From Octopus sinensis (Eukaryota), in contig NC_042998.1 of the NCBI RefSeq assembly GCF_006345805.1, positions 52,390,001-52,454,000 on the forward strand: a stretch of DNA of 64,000 bases, in the 5' to 3' direction. The first letter of the stretch is position 1, and each line of letters opens with the position of its first letter. This document shows, one piece after another, positions 24,155 through 37,233 of the stretch. The notes beneath the pieces were generated by a model. It had not been told where the DNA came from and did not search any database. It saw only the letters and a program-made list of their open reading frames with translations. The position numbers were made by a program, and so were the translations under genes.

Positions 24155-26888
24155 TTTATTGTTTTCATTTCTCATTGTGTTCAACGCTTTTATGATGTTC
24201 TGAACCCCTATATGCATGTATATATACATATATGCATATTTCTTTATTGCCCACAAGGGGCTAAACATAGAGGGGACAAACAAGGACAGACAAAGGGATT
24301 GAGTCGATTACATTGACCCCAGTGTGAAACTGGTACTTTATCTATCGACCCCGAAAGGATGAAAGGCAAAGTCGACCTCAGCGGAATTTGAACTCAGAAC
24401 GTAATGACAGACGAAATACCGCTAAGCATTTTGCCCGGCGCGCTAACGTGTCTGCCAGCTCGCCGCCTATGTAGGTATGTACATATATGTATATACATAT
24501 ATGTATGTACATATATGTATGTACATATATGTATGTATTTATGCATATATTTATATATCATTTTTATTATATGATCGAATGCCACGCATCCTTTTCAAGT
24601 AAGTTTTATCAAAGTAAGTATCTATTTATATCTCTTTATCCATCTACTTACCTACCTACCTATCTACCTACCTACCTACCTACCTCTCTGCTTGTCTGTC
24701 TGTCTATATCTATATATTTGTCTCTCTCTCTCTCCCTCTCTGTCTATCTATGATTTCATGGGTGCCATTTACATGACATGGCAATGGCCTCAACTACAAT
24801 TTCACTTGGCTTGATGACTCTCCTTGAGTCATACTAACTCATAAGAGCCAGTTTCCTGGTTTCCATGGTGTATATATTCCCAACTTGGACAGGATGCTGG
24901 TCCATCACAGGATTACTCATTTTTGCCAACTGAGTAGACTGGAGCAATGTGAAGTGAAGTGTTTCGCTCAAGAACACAATGCATCACCCGTTCCAGGAAT
25001 TGAAACCAGAATCTTATGATCATGAGTCCAACACCCTAACCACTAAGCCATGTACCTCCACACATTGGTAAGTCTGTGAGAGGAAGATAGAAGAGAAAGA
25101 GGAATACATTTGGTGTACACTCTGAAGGATGTGTGTTGCTGGATGATAAAAAGATCTGAATGAATACCCTGAACATAGGAAAAAAAAACCTGGCAGAATT
25201 CTGGTTTAAACACATCATATAACCCTTTATAACTTTTTTTAATTTTTGGAATTTTCAGAAAATTTTTGTGAATTTGTGTTCTACTTATGAGATTTCATAC
25301 AATTATGCAAAAAACAATTTTTTTAAATTGTGTAATTCCTGCCCAGAAATCCTAAAATTTCAACAATTTTTTTGAATTTTTTTTTTTTTTTGTATTGATA
25401 GTTTTAAAATACAGTCAGTCTGAATCTGCCAGATGCTTCTTTATTTTGTATCTTTTAATTGTTTCAGTCATTAGACTGTGGCCATGCTGGGGCACCACCT
25501 TAGAGAATGAATCAACCCCAGTAATTAATTTTTGTTTTTTAAAGTATAGTACTTATTCTATCAATTGCTTTTGCTGAACTGCTAGGTTATGGGGATGTCA
25601 GCAAACTAACACTGGTTGTCAAGTTGTGGATGGGTGGAGATAAACACGCAAACAAAAACACACACACAGACACAAAGCAACTCACGCACACACATATAAT
25701 GGGTCTTTTTAGTTTTCCTCTACCAAAGCTGCTCACAAGGCTTTTGTTGGCCTGAGGCTATAATAGAAGACACTTGTCCAAGGTGCCATGCAGTGGGACT
25801 GAGAACCATGTGGTTGGGAAGCAAGCTTCTTATAATTTCAGACAAAAGGGTGTGTAATTTAACATAATTTGCAAAATTTTTTTGCAAATTTCTGAAGAAT
25901 AAAAAAGCACTATGAGGGTTTACATTGTGTGATGAAACCAGAATTCCTCTGAAAACATTCTGAGAACTGAAGAGAAAGGAATTGCATATAATTGAGGCAT
26001 ATAATTGAGGCATTTAGTAACAGAGTTTTGTAAGCACCACTCTGACCATTTTCAGAGTTAGTATCATTTTCTTTGTCTTAATGTCTAGAATTCAAAAATG
26101 TTGGGAGGAAAAACCAGTGAGGCTTGCAATAAGGTCAAAAATCCGACTGGAAAAAATTGTACCTTGACGCTATTGACACTACGCTCACTCACTGAAACTC
26201 ACACCAGACAGCTTAGTAACAAACCATTGTAAGCACACACACTCAATCAATAACTTTGGTGTGGTCCTTGTATTGTTTTTTGAAGTGTTATGACTCATTT
26301 CCTAATATTCCCCATTCCCATTGCAACAATAATGGGCTATTATCTTACTGTCTTGTCTTATTTACCTCTTAAACAGACTTACCTTAGTATATTAAAACAC
26401 AAGCAATGCCTTTGGGGTGGGTCTCTGTTTTTTCTAGATATTATGGCTAAAATATGCAATGCGATACACAGTTTCGTAGTACCGGTATATTCTACAATCT
26501 GAGAAAGACAATCATTATTTCATCTTTCATAGGCATACATAAATAAATAATTTTACATAGGTGGAATGATTAGAGGAGGTCTTCACGGTCATTTTCAGAC
26601 CAAAACTAGCTTCCTAACTTCATTCCTTGCCGAAAGTCGTGAAACTTCGATTGCGTTTTTCTTGGTCTTTAAGTTGTGATGCTTACAACAGTCTGTTTCT
26701 AAACGCCTCATTTGTTCAAGAGGCACATTATCCTCATTAGACTCTGTGGTCCTGGAGAGCCTGTGAAGACCATGGGAGAGCAGCTTCTTTCTTCATTTGG
26801 ATGAAACCAATAAAATAAAAAGAGAAAATTAAACACTGTGAAAATGGAGCACAAATGAATAACAATTTTGATGATAATGATGATGATA

Positions 26889-26928
<40 letters not shown>

Positions 26929-27674
26929 CGACCTTGTATTTGATTGTCTGAAATCCTATCAATTTCAATAGCTACAGTTAAAAGAAAAAACAAAGGGAAA
27001 TGAAAGTTATTGTTATCCTACTCATCCTCCTCATCATCATCACCACCATCAACATCATCATTATCCTTGTCCTCCTCTACCTTCTCCTTTTTCATCTTTC
27101 TCCTCCTCTTAATCACTATCATCTTCATCATCATTGTCATCATCATCGTCATCCTCATCGTCAATGCTGTCCTCTTTTATGTGACATTGTGTTTCCAAGA
27201 AGGTATGGATTTCACAGATTGCTTGCTCAGGTAAGCTAATGAGGAAATAATTTATACAAAAAAAAAATAACATAAATAAATAAATAAATAAATAAATAAA
27301 AATTCCAAATGAAGATCTAATTATCATGAGACAAACTAATTAGTAATAAGTTCTGCTATATCTGTTACACACAGCTACACATGCACACGCACACACATAC
27401 ATACACTTATCCTTGCAGATGTACAAACACAGTTACAGAAAATCAGAAAGATATCAGGTAAACAGAAGGGCTGTTGCTCAAATTGTTTAGCTGAGTTCAG
27501 CCTCTATTGAGCACAAATATGATCATCTCTTTTCGTACTCTTCAGGTTCAATCCCATTGCACAGCACCTTCAACAAATGTCTTCTACTATTACTCTGGGC
27601 TGACTAATGCCTTGTGAGTGAATCTGATAGATGGAAACTGTGTGGAAACCACTCTCTCTCTCTCTCTGTATATA

Positions 27675-27714
<40 letters not shown>

Positions 27715-28660
27715 GACACATTTATTTATATTTATGTATATGTATATTTATATATGTATGTATGTATATATATGCATGCAAATATTTGTATGTGGCTGAG
27801 TAGAGCTTCAGGAGTGGCTATGTGGTAAGAAGCGCTTGCTTCCCAGCCACATGGTTCCGGGTTCAGTCCCACTGTGTGGCACCTTGGGCAAGTGTTATCT
27901 ACTATAGCCTCAGGCCGACCAAAGCCTTGTGAGTGGATCTGGTAGATGGGAATTGAAAGAAGCCCGTTGTATATATGTGTGTGTGTGTGTTTGTCCCCCC
28001 TCCATTGTTTGACAACCAATGTTGGTGTGTTTACATTCCTGTAACTTAGCAGTTTGGCAAACGAGATGATAGTATAAGCAGTATAAGTACTAGGCTTACA
28101 AAGAATAAGTCCTGGAGTTGATTTGTTTGACTAACGGCATGGCCGCAGTCACATGACTGAAACAAGTAAAAAAATAAAAGAACATATATATATAAATAGA
28201 TAGATAGATAGACAGATATAGACGTACATACATACATACATACATATGAAGCACTGGCAACCATGTTTTGAGAAGCAGACCAAATGAGACGCGATTCTTC
28301 ATCAGATGGGATGCAATACTGAAAGAATTCAGGTTAACTGTTCATTAGGCCTTGCAATTCAGAAAGTGCTGTGAACTGCAATTTGCCTATGACTTCTGTA
28401 GACAAAACTATTTAAAAGATCTTTTACTTGTTTCAGCTGGGACACAGCCTTAAAGAATTTTTAATCAAATGAATCCACCCAAGTACTTTTGTAAGCCTCA
28501 TACTTATTCTATCATTTTCTTTTTTTAAGTTACAGAGATATAAACACACCAGTGCGGATTACCAAGTAATGGTGGGGGACAAATACAGATGAAAACACAC
28601 AAACAGGTATATATATATATATATATATATAAATGTATACACACACATATATATACACAC

Positions 28661-28693
<33 letters not shown>

Positions 28694-29167
28694 CACACAT
28701 ATATACGATGGGTTTCTTTTAGCTTCTGTTTACCAAATCTACTCACAAGGCCCGAGGCTGTAATAGAAGGCTCTTGCTCATGGTGCTACAGAGTGGGACC
28801 GAACCCAGAACAATGTGGTAAGGAAGCAAGCTTGTTATCACACAGCCATGCCTGGGAACAAATAGAACAAAAAGATTTAAGTGTCATATCCTTACTAAGT
28901 ACCATATTTAAGAGTCACATCTCAGGGTAAATCAATTTATTGAATTTTATGCGAATTCTATAGATTAAAGATAATCTCCTGGGGAACCACAAATGCAACC
29001 TAGCTTCTTCTGATATGCTTGTTGTTAATGTTGTTGCTGCTGTTAATATATCTGTGTATGTTTCACAAAGTGGGTTTGTTGTTTATGATATGGATAAATT
29101 GATGTAGGGAAAGGAGAGTTTAGATTGAATTAGAGAAACAGCTAAACAGACATATATATATATATAT

Positions 29168-30082
29168 ATTGAACCAGCCAGGATCCCTGGTCTGGTGGTA
29201 CGTAAAAAGCACTATCCGACTCGTGGCCGATGCCAGCGCCGCCTCCACTGGCTTCCGTGCCGGTGGCACGTAAAATACACCAATCTGACCGTACGACAGG
29301 CACCCATGCCAACCCCCTTGCTTGCGAAGACATGTTGGAGCAAGCGAAATCGAATTGAACCAGCCAGGATCCCTGGTCTGGTGCTACGTAAAAAGCACTA
29401 TCCAACTCGTGGCCGATGCCTCCACTGGCTTCCGTGCCGGTGGCACGTAAAATACACCAATCTGACCGTATGACAGGCACCCATGCCAACCCCCTTGCTT
29501 GCGAAGACATGTTGGGACAAGCGAAAACGAAATCGAAATCGAATTGAACCAGCCAGGATCCCTGGTCTGGTGGTATGTAAAAAGCACTATCCGACTCGTG
29601 GCCGATGCCAGCGCCGCCTCCACTGGCTTCCGTGCTGGTGGCACGTAAAATACACCAATCTGACCGTACGACAGGCACCCATGCCAACCTCCTTGCTTGC
29701 GAAGACATGTTGGGGCAAGCGAAATCGAAATCGAATTGAACCAGCCAGGTTCCCTGGTCTGGTGGTACGTAAAAAGCACTATCCGACTCGTGGCCGATGC
29801 CAGCACCCCCTCGTTTGGCTTCCGTGCAGGTGGCACATAAAATACACCAATCCAACCGTGGCCGTTGCCAGCCTCGCCTGGCACCTGTGCAGGTGGCACG
29901 TAAAAAGCACCCACTACACTCACGGAGTGGTTGGCGTTAGGAAGGGCATCCAGCTGTAGAAACACTGCCAGATAAGACTGGAGCCTGGTGCAGCCTTCTG
30001 GCTTTCCAGATCCCCGGTCGAACCGTCCAACCCATGCTAGCATGGAGAACGGACGTTAAACGATGATGATGATGATGATGAT
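29168..30082 (+). repeat. Tandem array of an RTE 3'UTR segment running into the RTE 3' end and (GAT)n tail
   Basis: Units start at 29168, 29354, 29543 and 29735 (period 186-192); fourth unit continues into ..CCATGCTAGCATGG..TTAAACGATGATGAT. Solo 3' ends also at about 10760-11040, 14130-14260, 30760-30940, 32020-32120, 36275-36580, 59385-59500. Confidence 0.85.
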
Positions 30083-30467
30083 ATATATATATATATATGT
30101 ATAAGCTTACTGATTCCTTCAGCTTCACTTCAAGTGACAGTAAATAATGGACCCTGATGAAACTGTACTGAACATGGCACTACGTGGTTGCATGTTTAAT
30201 AATGTGAAGTTGATGCTGCTGAAAAGCATGTAGGTACAAGAAAGAATGCTGTAAATAACTTTTTAATTCTTTAATTTGTTTCAGTCATTTGACTGGGACC
30301 ATGCTGGAGCACCACCTTTAGTCGAACAAATTAAGACTTGGATTTATTCTGTGTAAGCCTAGTACTTATCCTACCGGTCTGTTTTGCCGAACTGCTAAGT
30401 TATGGGGACGTAAACACACCAACATCAGTTGTAAAGTGATGCTGGGGGGATAAACACAGTCACACGA

Positions 30468-30524
<57 letters not shown>

Positions 30525-33500
30525 CACATGCACACTCATATTTATATGACGGGCTTCTTTCAGTTTCCACTCACAAGGCTTTGGTAGGCCTGAGGCTATA
30601 GTAGAAGACACTTGACCAAGGTGCCATGCAGTGGGACCGAACCCGGAACCATGTGGTTGGTAAGCAAGCTACGTATCACACAGACACTCTTGTTTAATAA
30701 AATTATAGATGTGGATAAAATTTCCATTCTCTTGATCATTATTAATACTATATATATATATATCATCATCATCATCATCATCGTTTAACGTCCGTTCTCC
30801 ATGCTAGCATGGGTTGGATGGTTCGACCGGGGATCTGGGAAGCCAGAAGGCTGCACCAGGCTCCAGTCTTATCTGGCAATGTTTCTACAGCTGGATGCCC
30901 TTCCTAACGCCAACCACTCCGTGAGTGTAGTGGGTGCAGGAGGTGTAGTCTCACACAGGAAAAAAAATAAGAGATTTGTTTTGGGGTTTCAAAATGCACC
31001 TGAATTTACATGTAGTTGATTTTAACAAATCTATTTAAAAACTTCACATTTTTCAAATTCAGGTGCATTTTCAAACCCCAAAACAAATTCTCACATATAT
31101 ATAAGCTTTGAGATTTCAATGATACGATTGTTTATTCTCAGAGTACCCTTGCAGGATGAGTGTGAGAAGCCAGGTTTGGCCAGTTTGAATATAAAACCCA
31201 GTAGAATGTTTGAGCCAGATATGGCCAGTTCAAATGTGAAAGGGTGAAGGTGCACATACATCACTTAGAATAAACAAATGGATAAGAAAGCTTGGACACA
31301 CACACACATATACACACACACACGCACATACTCTTTCTCTATCTCTTTCTCTCCTATGGATTTGAATGCATTATGAAATCCAAAATCTAGTAACCACACA
31401 GCAGGAGAAACTAGCTCTACAATGAAGGTTTACAGTTATACTTAAGGTGCACAGTTAGCAGCAATGCTATGTTCCCTATGAAGTTCCATAGTGGTAAGCT
31501 TCTCATCTGGGGTACCACATGCTGTGACGCCTTCTCCAGCAGCAACTTGGTGTGTCCAGCTTCCAGTCCAGGCTCCACTGCTTGTCAGGCTTAGAAGAGC
31601 AAACTCTCAAGGTATCAATCACCCTGTGACAGGCTTGTAGTTGAGCCTGTCGCAGTGGGGACCTCTGGTGGTCTTAGCCCCTGCACCATCTCTCTGCTCA
31701 GTTCTATCGAGGCAGAGATGGCTGTTTGCAAGTGAAACTAGGTGTATTCAACTACCAACCCAGGGTCTGCTACTCATCAGGCAGAGAAAAGCAAACTGTC
31801 AAAGTATCAGTTGGTCATTCTCTGATAGGTTTATGGTTGAGCCTGTGGCAGTGGAAACCACAAGTTCAAGTACATGTGTCAGAGTGGCTGTTCCAGTGCA
31901 TCTTCCTCACCGTCCTCCAGGGCAACACCTTTCCCATTTTGTCTGCTGGGACTGTGAGATGGTCTGAATTACCAAAAATCAAGGGAATGTAAGAATTTCA
32001 TAGCTTACCCATAGTTGGTCTTTATGATTATCATCATCATCGTTTGATGTCTGCTTTCCATGCTAGCATGGATTGGACGACTTGATTGAGGACTGGTGAA
32101 CCAGATGGCTGCACCAGGCTCATTGTTATTCTAGTAAACCTTATTAGTGGTTAGGTAACTTACGACACCAAAACACACCTTCCAATAACAGAAGAGTCAG
32201 GAACTACCTGAAATATAAATGCCTCAGTATGTTTTCCTCTTAGGGGGTGTCTCTAAAACCTTTATTTTCTTAATTCCATATATTCACCTGCAAGGCAGCA
32301 AAGTAGTGCAGAGAGGTAGTCTTCTTCACCACTATGGTTAAGGAGCCTTATCTACTCCTGCTACTGCTCTAGTTAGATATTATGACAGAAACTAGTGAAC
32401 TCACAAAGTGGTTTTACAGGCATTACATCATACTTGTTCACTATCTCACATTTTTCTATGTCTTTCTGTCCACTACCCACCCACATCATACTCTGTTGCT
32501 AGATGGACACTGACCTTCTGACAGGTCAGTTCGTCCTTTTAGCTGATTTGTTTTTTTATTGCAAGCCTCTTTCACTAAGTTAACCTGGTTAAGAAATTTT
32601 GGGTTTTTCCTCATTAACGATGAGAACCAAGTAACTAGTTTTACTGGATTACACCTTACCTGTAGTACTCAAGTGACCTAACACAATAACAAATGAATAC
32701 ACACGTACATTATGGATATACACATGCACTCCTAAATACATGGACATTCACACTTAAGGATCATCATCATCATCATCATCACCATCATTTTAATGTCCAC
32801 TTTCTCATGCTTCCCTGTGGAGGTGTGTGGTTTAGTGGTTAAGGTGTCAGCATCGTGATTGTAAGATTGTGGTTTCGATTCCTGGACAGGGTGATGCATT
32901 GTGCAAACACTTCATTTCGCTTTGTTCCAGTCAACTCAGCTGGCAAAAATGAGTAACGCTGTGATGGACTAGTGTCCTGTCCAGCTGGGGAACACATATG
33001 CCATTGAAACCAGGAAACCGGACCCATGAGCCTGGCTAGGCTTTAAAAGGGCGCATTTATTCATTTTTCTCGTGCTTCCACAGGGTGGATGAAAATTGTT
33101 GAGACAGATTTTCTACAACTGTATGCTCTTACAGTTGCTAACCCTTGCCTGCTTCCAAGCAAGTCAATATTTCCCCATGGCCAAACATGCTTCATGGTGG
33201 TTTAGAAATGAAGGACACTGCTTGCATGACTATAAAACTCATTTATGACTATCACACATTACCAAGACAAAGAGACATACCTCATCACATAATACATACA
33301 TACATAAACACATACACACACATAGACACATATATACATACATACATATATGGCTTTGGTGGTGGTGGTTGTGGTGGCAGTAAGAAAAGGAAACCAGATC
33401 ATACACCATATATAAACGCTGACACTTATAAATATGCGTATACAATATGCATACATATGTATACTTTGATACTTTGATAGGTTTCGGCCATTATTGGCCC

Positions 33501-34434
33501 AGGCCATGTCTAACTTAATAGCACCACCTGTATATATATATAAATATATATATTCTTTCACTTGTTTCAGTCATTTGACTGCAGCCATGCTGGAGCACCA
33601 CCTTTAGTCAAACAAATCAACCCCAGGACTTATTCTTTGTAAGCTTAGTACTTGTTCTGTCAGTCTCTTTTTACTGACCCACTAAGTTACGGGTACGCAA
33701 ACACACCAGCCTCAGTTGTCAAGCAATGGTGGTGGGGGACAAACACAGACACAAATAACAAATACGTACATACATACATACACACACACATATATATATA
33801 TATATACATACAACAGGCTTCTTTCAGTTTCCATCTACCAAATCCACTCACAAGTCTTTGGTCAGCCGAGGTTATAGTAGAAGACGCTTGCCCAAGTTTC
33901 CATGCAGTGGAACTGAACTTGGAACCATGTGGTTGGAAAGCAAGTTTCTTACCACATAGCCATTCCTGCACCTATATAATCCAGTTAAAATTGCACCTAA
34001 TGATGTAATGCAATATGTATATACAATAAGTATATATAGTTAGGGTGGCGAGCTGGCAGAAAACGTTAGCATGCCGGGCGAAATGCTTAGCGGTATATCG
34101 TCTGCTGTCACGTTCTGTGTTCAATTTCTGCTGAGGTTCACTTTACCTTTCATCCTTTAGGGATCAATTAAATAAGTACCACTTATGCAGTGGGGTCGAT
34201 GTAATTGACTTAATCCCTTTGTCCTTGTTTGTCCCCTCTATGTTTAGCCCCTTGTAGGCAATAAAGAAATATATACAGTAAGTGCCCATATGCATACAGG
34301 TGTGGCTGTGTAGTAAGAAACTTGTTTCTAACCACATGGTTCTGGGTTCAGTCTCACTGCATGGTGACTTGGGCAAGTGTCTTCTACCTTGTGAGTAGAT
34401 TTGGTAGGGGGAAACTGAAAGAAGACTGCCATGT

Positions 34435-34475
<41 letters not shown>

Positions 34476-34896
34476 GTATGTGTGTGTGTATTTATGTGTG
34501 TGTGTCTTTGTGTCTGTGTTTGTTCACTCATCACTGTAACTTAGTGGTTCAGCAAAAAGAAAGAGAAAGAATAAGTATTAGACTTAAAAAATAAGTCCTG
34601 GGGTTATTTGTTTCACTAAAAACCCTTCAAGACAGTGCTCCAGCATTTGCTGCAGTCAAATGACTGAAACTAGTAAAAGAATAAAAGAATATATATATAT
34701 ATATATATATATAAGAGTAGTTGAATGAATTATCTTGTTATGGATAATTCGGTTAACCGATACCTGGGTAGCAAATTCACATCAGAGAAGACACGTTTGA
34801 AGTTACGTGCTTTCGTGTGGAAATTTGTATGTTTTTTTTAAAAATATAAATATATGAAAGAATGGAGTTGAACGACGAATTAACAAAATTCCTTTA

Positions 34897-34977
34897 TTTT
34901 CGACATGTTTCGAAGGCTGCATATTCCTAATTGCGAAGGAATAAGGAGTATATTATGCCGCTTTCTCATCAGGAAAA
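34897..34977 (-). ncRNA. Type-I hammerhead ribozyme motif (family 2) with long stem II
   Basis: UUUUC-CUGAUGA-GAAAGCGGCAUA..UAUGCAGCCUUC-GAAAC-AU-GUC-GAAAA: G-C closes stem II, stem III palindrome ACAUGU, GUC cleavage triplet, stem I UUUUC/GAAAA. Confidence 0.82.
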
Positions 34978-35546
34978 GCAAGGAACTTATGTCAACATCA
35001 GGATGCACAAAAAACTTTTAGATGACTGCTCACATGGAGCCCATAGTGATAATTAGTGTCTCTTTAAAAAATTCCTTTATAAGGAGTGACGTCAAAATGG
35101 TTGGATGTAGAAGAATCTAGAAGGTTCTAAAGGTTCAAGGGTTCAAACGAAGTAGGAGAAGAGAGGCATAAGAATAGGAAGGTGAAAGGGTGCAGTTCAA
35201 ATGAATGGTGAATTTTCTTTTGTGAATGAGTGTCTGTGTGTGTGACTGTATATAACGGCATTAATGTGTGTGTGTGTATGTGTGTGCGTGATTGTGTTTG
35301 TGGATGGGTGGGTATCAGAAAACAGACAGTGGTGAGGTGAACAGTTTGTGTCTGTGTGTTTGAATGTGCTTACTATAGATAGAGGGAAAGAGAGAGAGAA
35401 AGAGGAGGGCAAGGTATAGGGACAAAGGTAACACATACCTCACTGGATTGGGTAGTAGTTCTTTGAAAGTATAAAAAGAATTTTTTGACTATGGGGGTGA
35501 AATATATAAAAATGTCAACATCTTGATGTTGACATAAGTTCCTTGC

Positions 35547-35629
35547 TTTTCCTGATGAGAAAGCGGCATAATGTGCTCCTTATTCCTTCGCAATTAGGAA
35601 TATGCAGCCTTCGAAACATATGTCAAAAA
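35547..35629 (+). ncRNA. Mirror copy of hammerhead family 2
   Basis: Same motif with stem III ACAUAUGU and a C-A mismatch at the base of stem I. Confidence 0.68.
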
Positions 35630-35673
35630 TAAAGGAATTTTGTTAATTCGTCGTTCAACTCCATTCTTTCATA

Positions 35674-35712
<39 letters not shown>

Positions 35713-36236
35713 TATGTTGATATGATTAAAGTGTAAGGTGTGTCCTCTTGAAGCACATCTGCTTATTCCAATATTCCAGATTTGTATGTAGCAGTTATAT
35801 TTGTGTAAGGTATGCATAAGAGTTGAAAAAAACTGGAAAATATTTTTGCAGAGTACTTATATATCAAGAGGAAAGTGGAAAATATTTGGTAATATTTATT
35901 CACCATTACATATGTTTCATTTGCTAATAGGAGTTAACCAAATTGTACCTGTAGTAGAAAACATATAAGATATCTTGTATAAGAAAGTTTTCAAACACAG
36001 AATCAAATAATATTGCTTAATTCTCTGTCTAAAGAGAATCTCCCTCTAACTCCTAATCTATATATGCCTATTATTTGCTATCTGTCTGCTCTCATGAATT
36101 TCTGACCATTTTTCTTTCATACTGTACTTTATATCTCTATTAAATGGAAAGCTCATCTTTGTTGAAAAATGCTTCATATGCACAGCTGTTTTAGAAAGAG
36201 CTGTAATATATATACATGTATGTGTGTATATGTTTA

Positions 36237-36279
<43 letters not shown>

Positions 36280-36594
36280 TCATCATCATCATCATCGTTT
36301 AGCATCCGCTTTCCATGCTAGCATGGGTTGGATGGTTCAACTGGGGTCTGGGAAGCCAGAAGGCTGCACCAGGCCCAGTCTGATCTGGCAATGTTTCTAC
36401 GGCTGGATGCCCATTCCTAACGCCAACCACTCCATCAGTGTAGTGGGTGCTTTTTACATGCCACCGGCACAAGTGCCAGGTGAGGCTGGCAATGGCCACG
36501 ATCGGATTGTGCTTTTTACGTGCCACCAGCATGGAGGCCATTCGGGGCGGCGCTGGCAACGGCCACGTTCGGATGGTTCTGTCTATACATGCAA

Positions 36595-36636
<42 letters not shown>

Positions 36637-37200
36637 GCACATTTATTTATATACATGTAATAAAAACACACATGCACATAAACTTGTTTACAGATAGAAC
36701 CACAGAGACATGCTACTGAGAGAAGCTCTATCTGTTTGTTTGACTTGCTAGTTAAAGCAGCTAAATCTTTCTCAGATCACACCCTGCCAACTGAAAAAAT
36801 GAAGTGGAATACAATAGATTACGTCATTCTAAAATACACCATGACATATGACATACACATATAAAAAGCCATGACATACACTTATAAAAAGCCATATGGT
36901 CACGGCTGGAAAAGTTTTCATCATATCTCTGCTCTAACCTGGGGTTAAACAACAATAAGAAAACAACAACAACAGCAACAACAGCAACCACACAGCTAAA
37001 TCATTTGTGTAAACATTGACATACACAGAGAAGACAGAAAAACGTACATAGTGACGAGCGTACACATATTACACATGCATGCGTACCAACATGTACGCAG
37101 ACGCACAAACACAAACAAACATACTCACGAAGATAAACTTCAAAATACAGAAACAAATAATAAAGTTGCACACAGAGACAGAGACCCCAGCAAACCACTA

Positions 37201-37233
<33 letters not shown>

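Larger units (their letters stand above)
34844..35682. repeat. Inverted-repeat element: ~160-bp arms around a ~515-bp spacer, between (TA)n tracts
   Basis: Arms 34844-35005 and 35519-35682. Confidence 0.9.

Noticed and set aside
28261-28309. CTGATGA on the minus strand with a possible AGAA/UUCU stem
   Set aside because: Followed by CAAAAC rather than GAAAC and has no stem III; overlaps a candidate exon
29142-30043. ORFs of 158-237 aa and a possible CRISPR-like array
   Set aside because: Units are near-identical throughout with no unique spacers, derive from an RTE 3'UTR, and the context is eukaryotic
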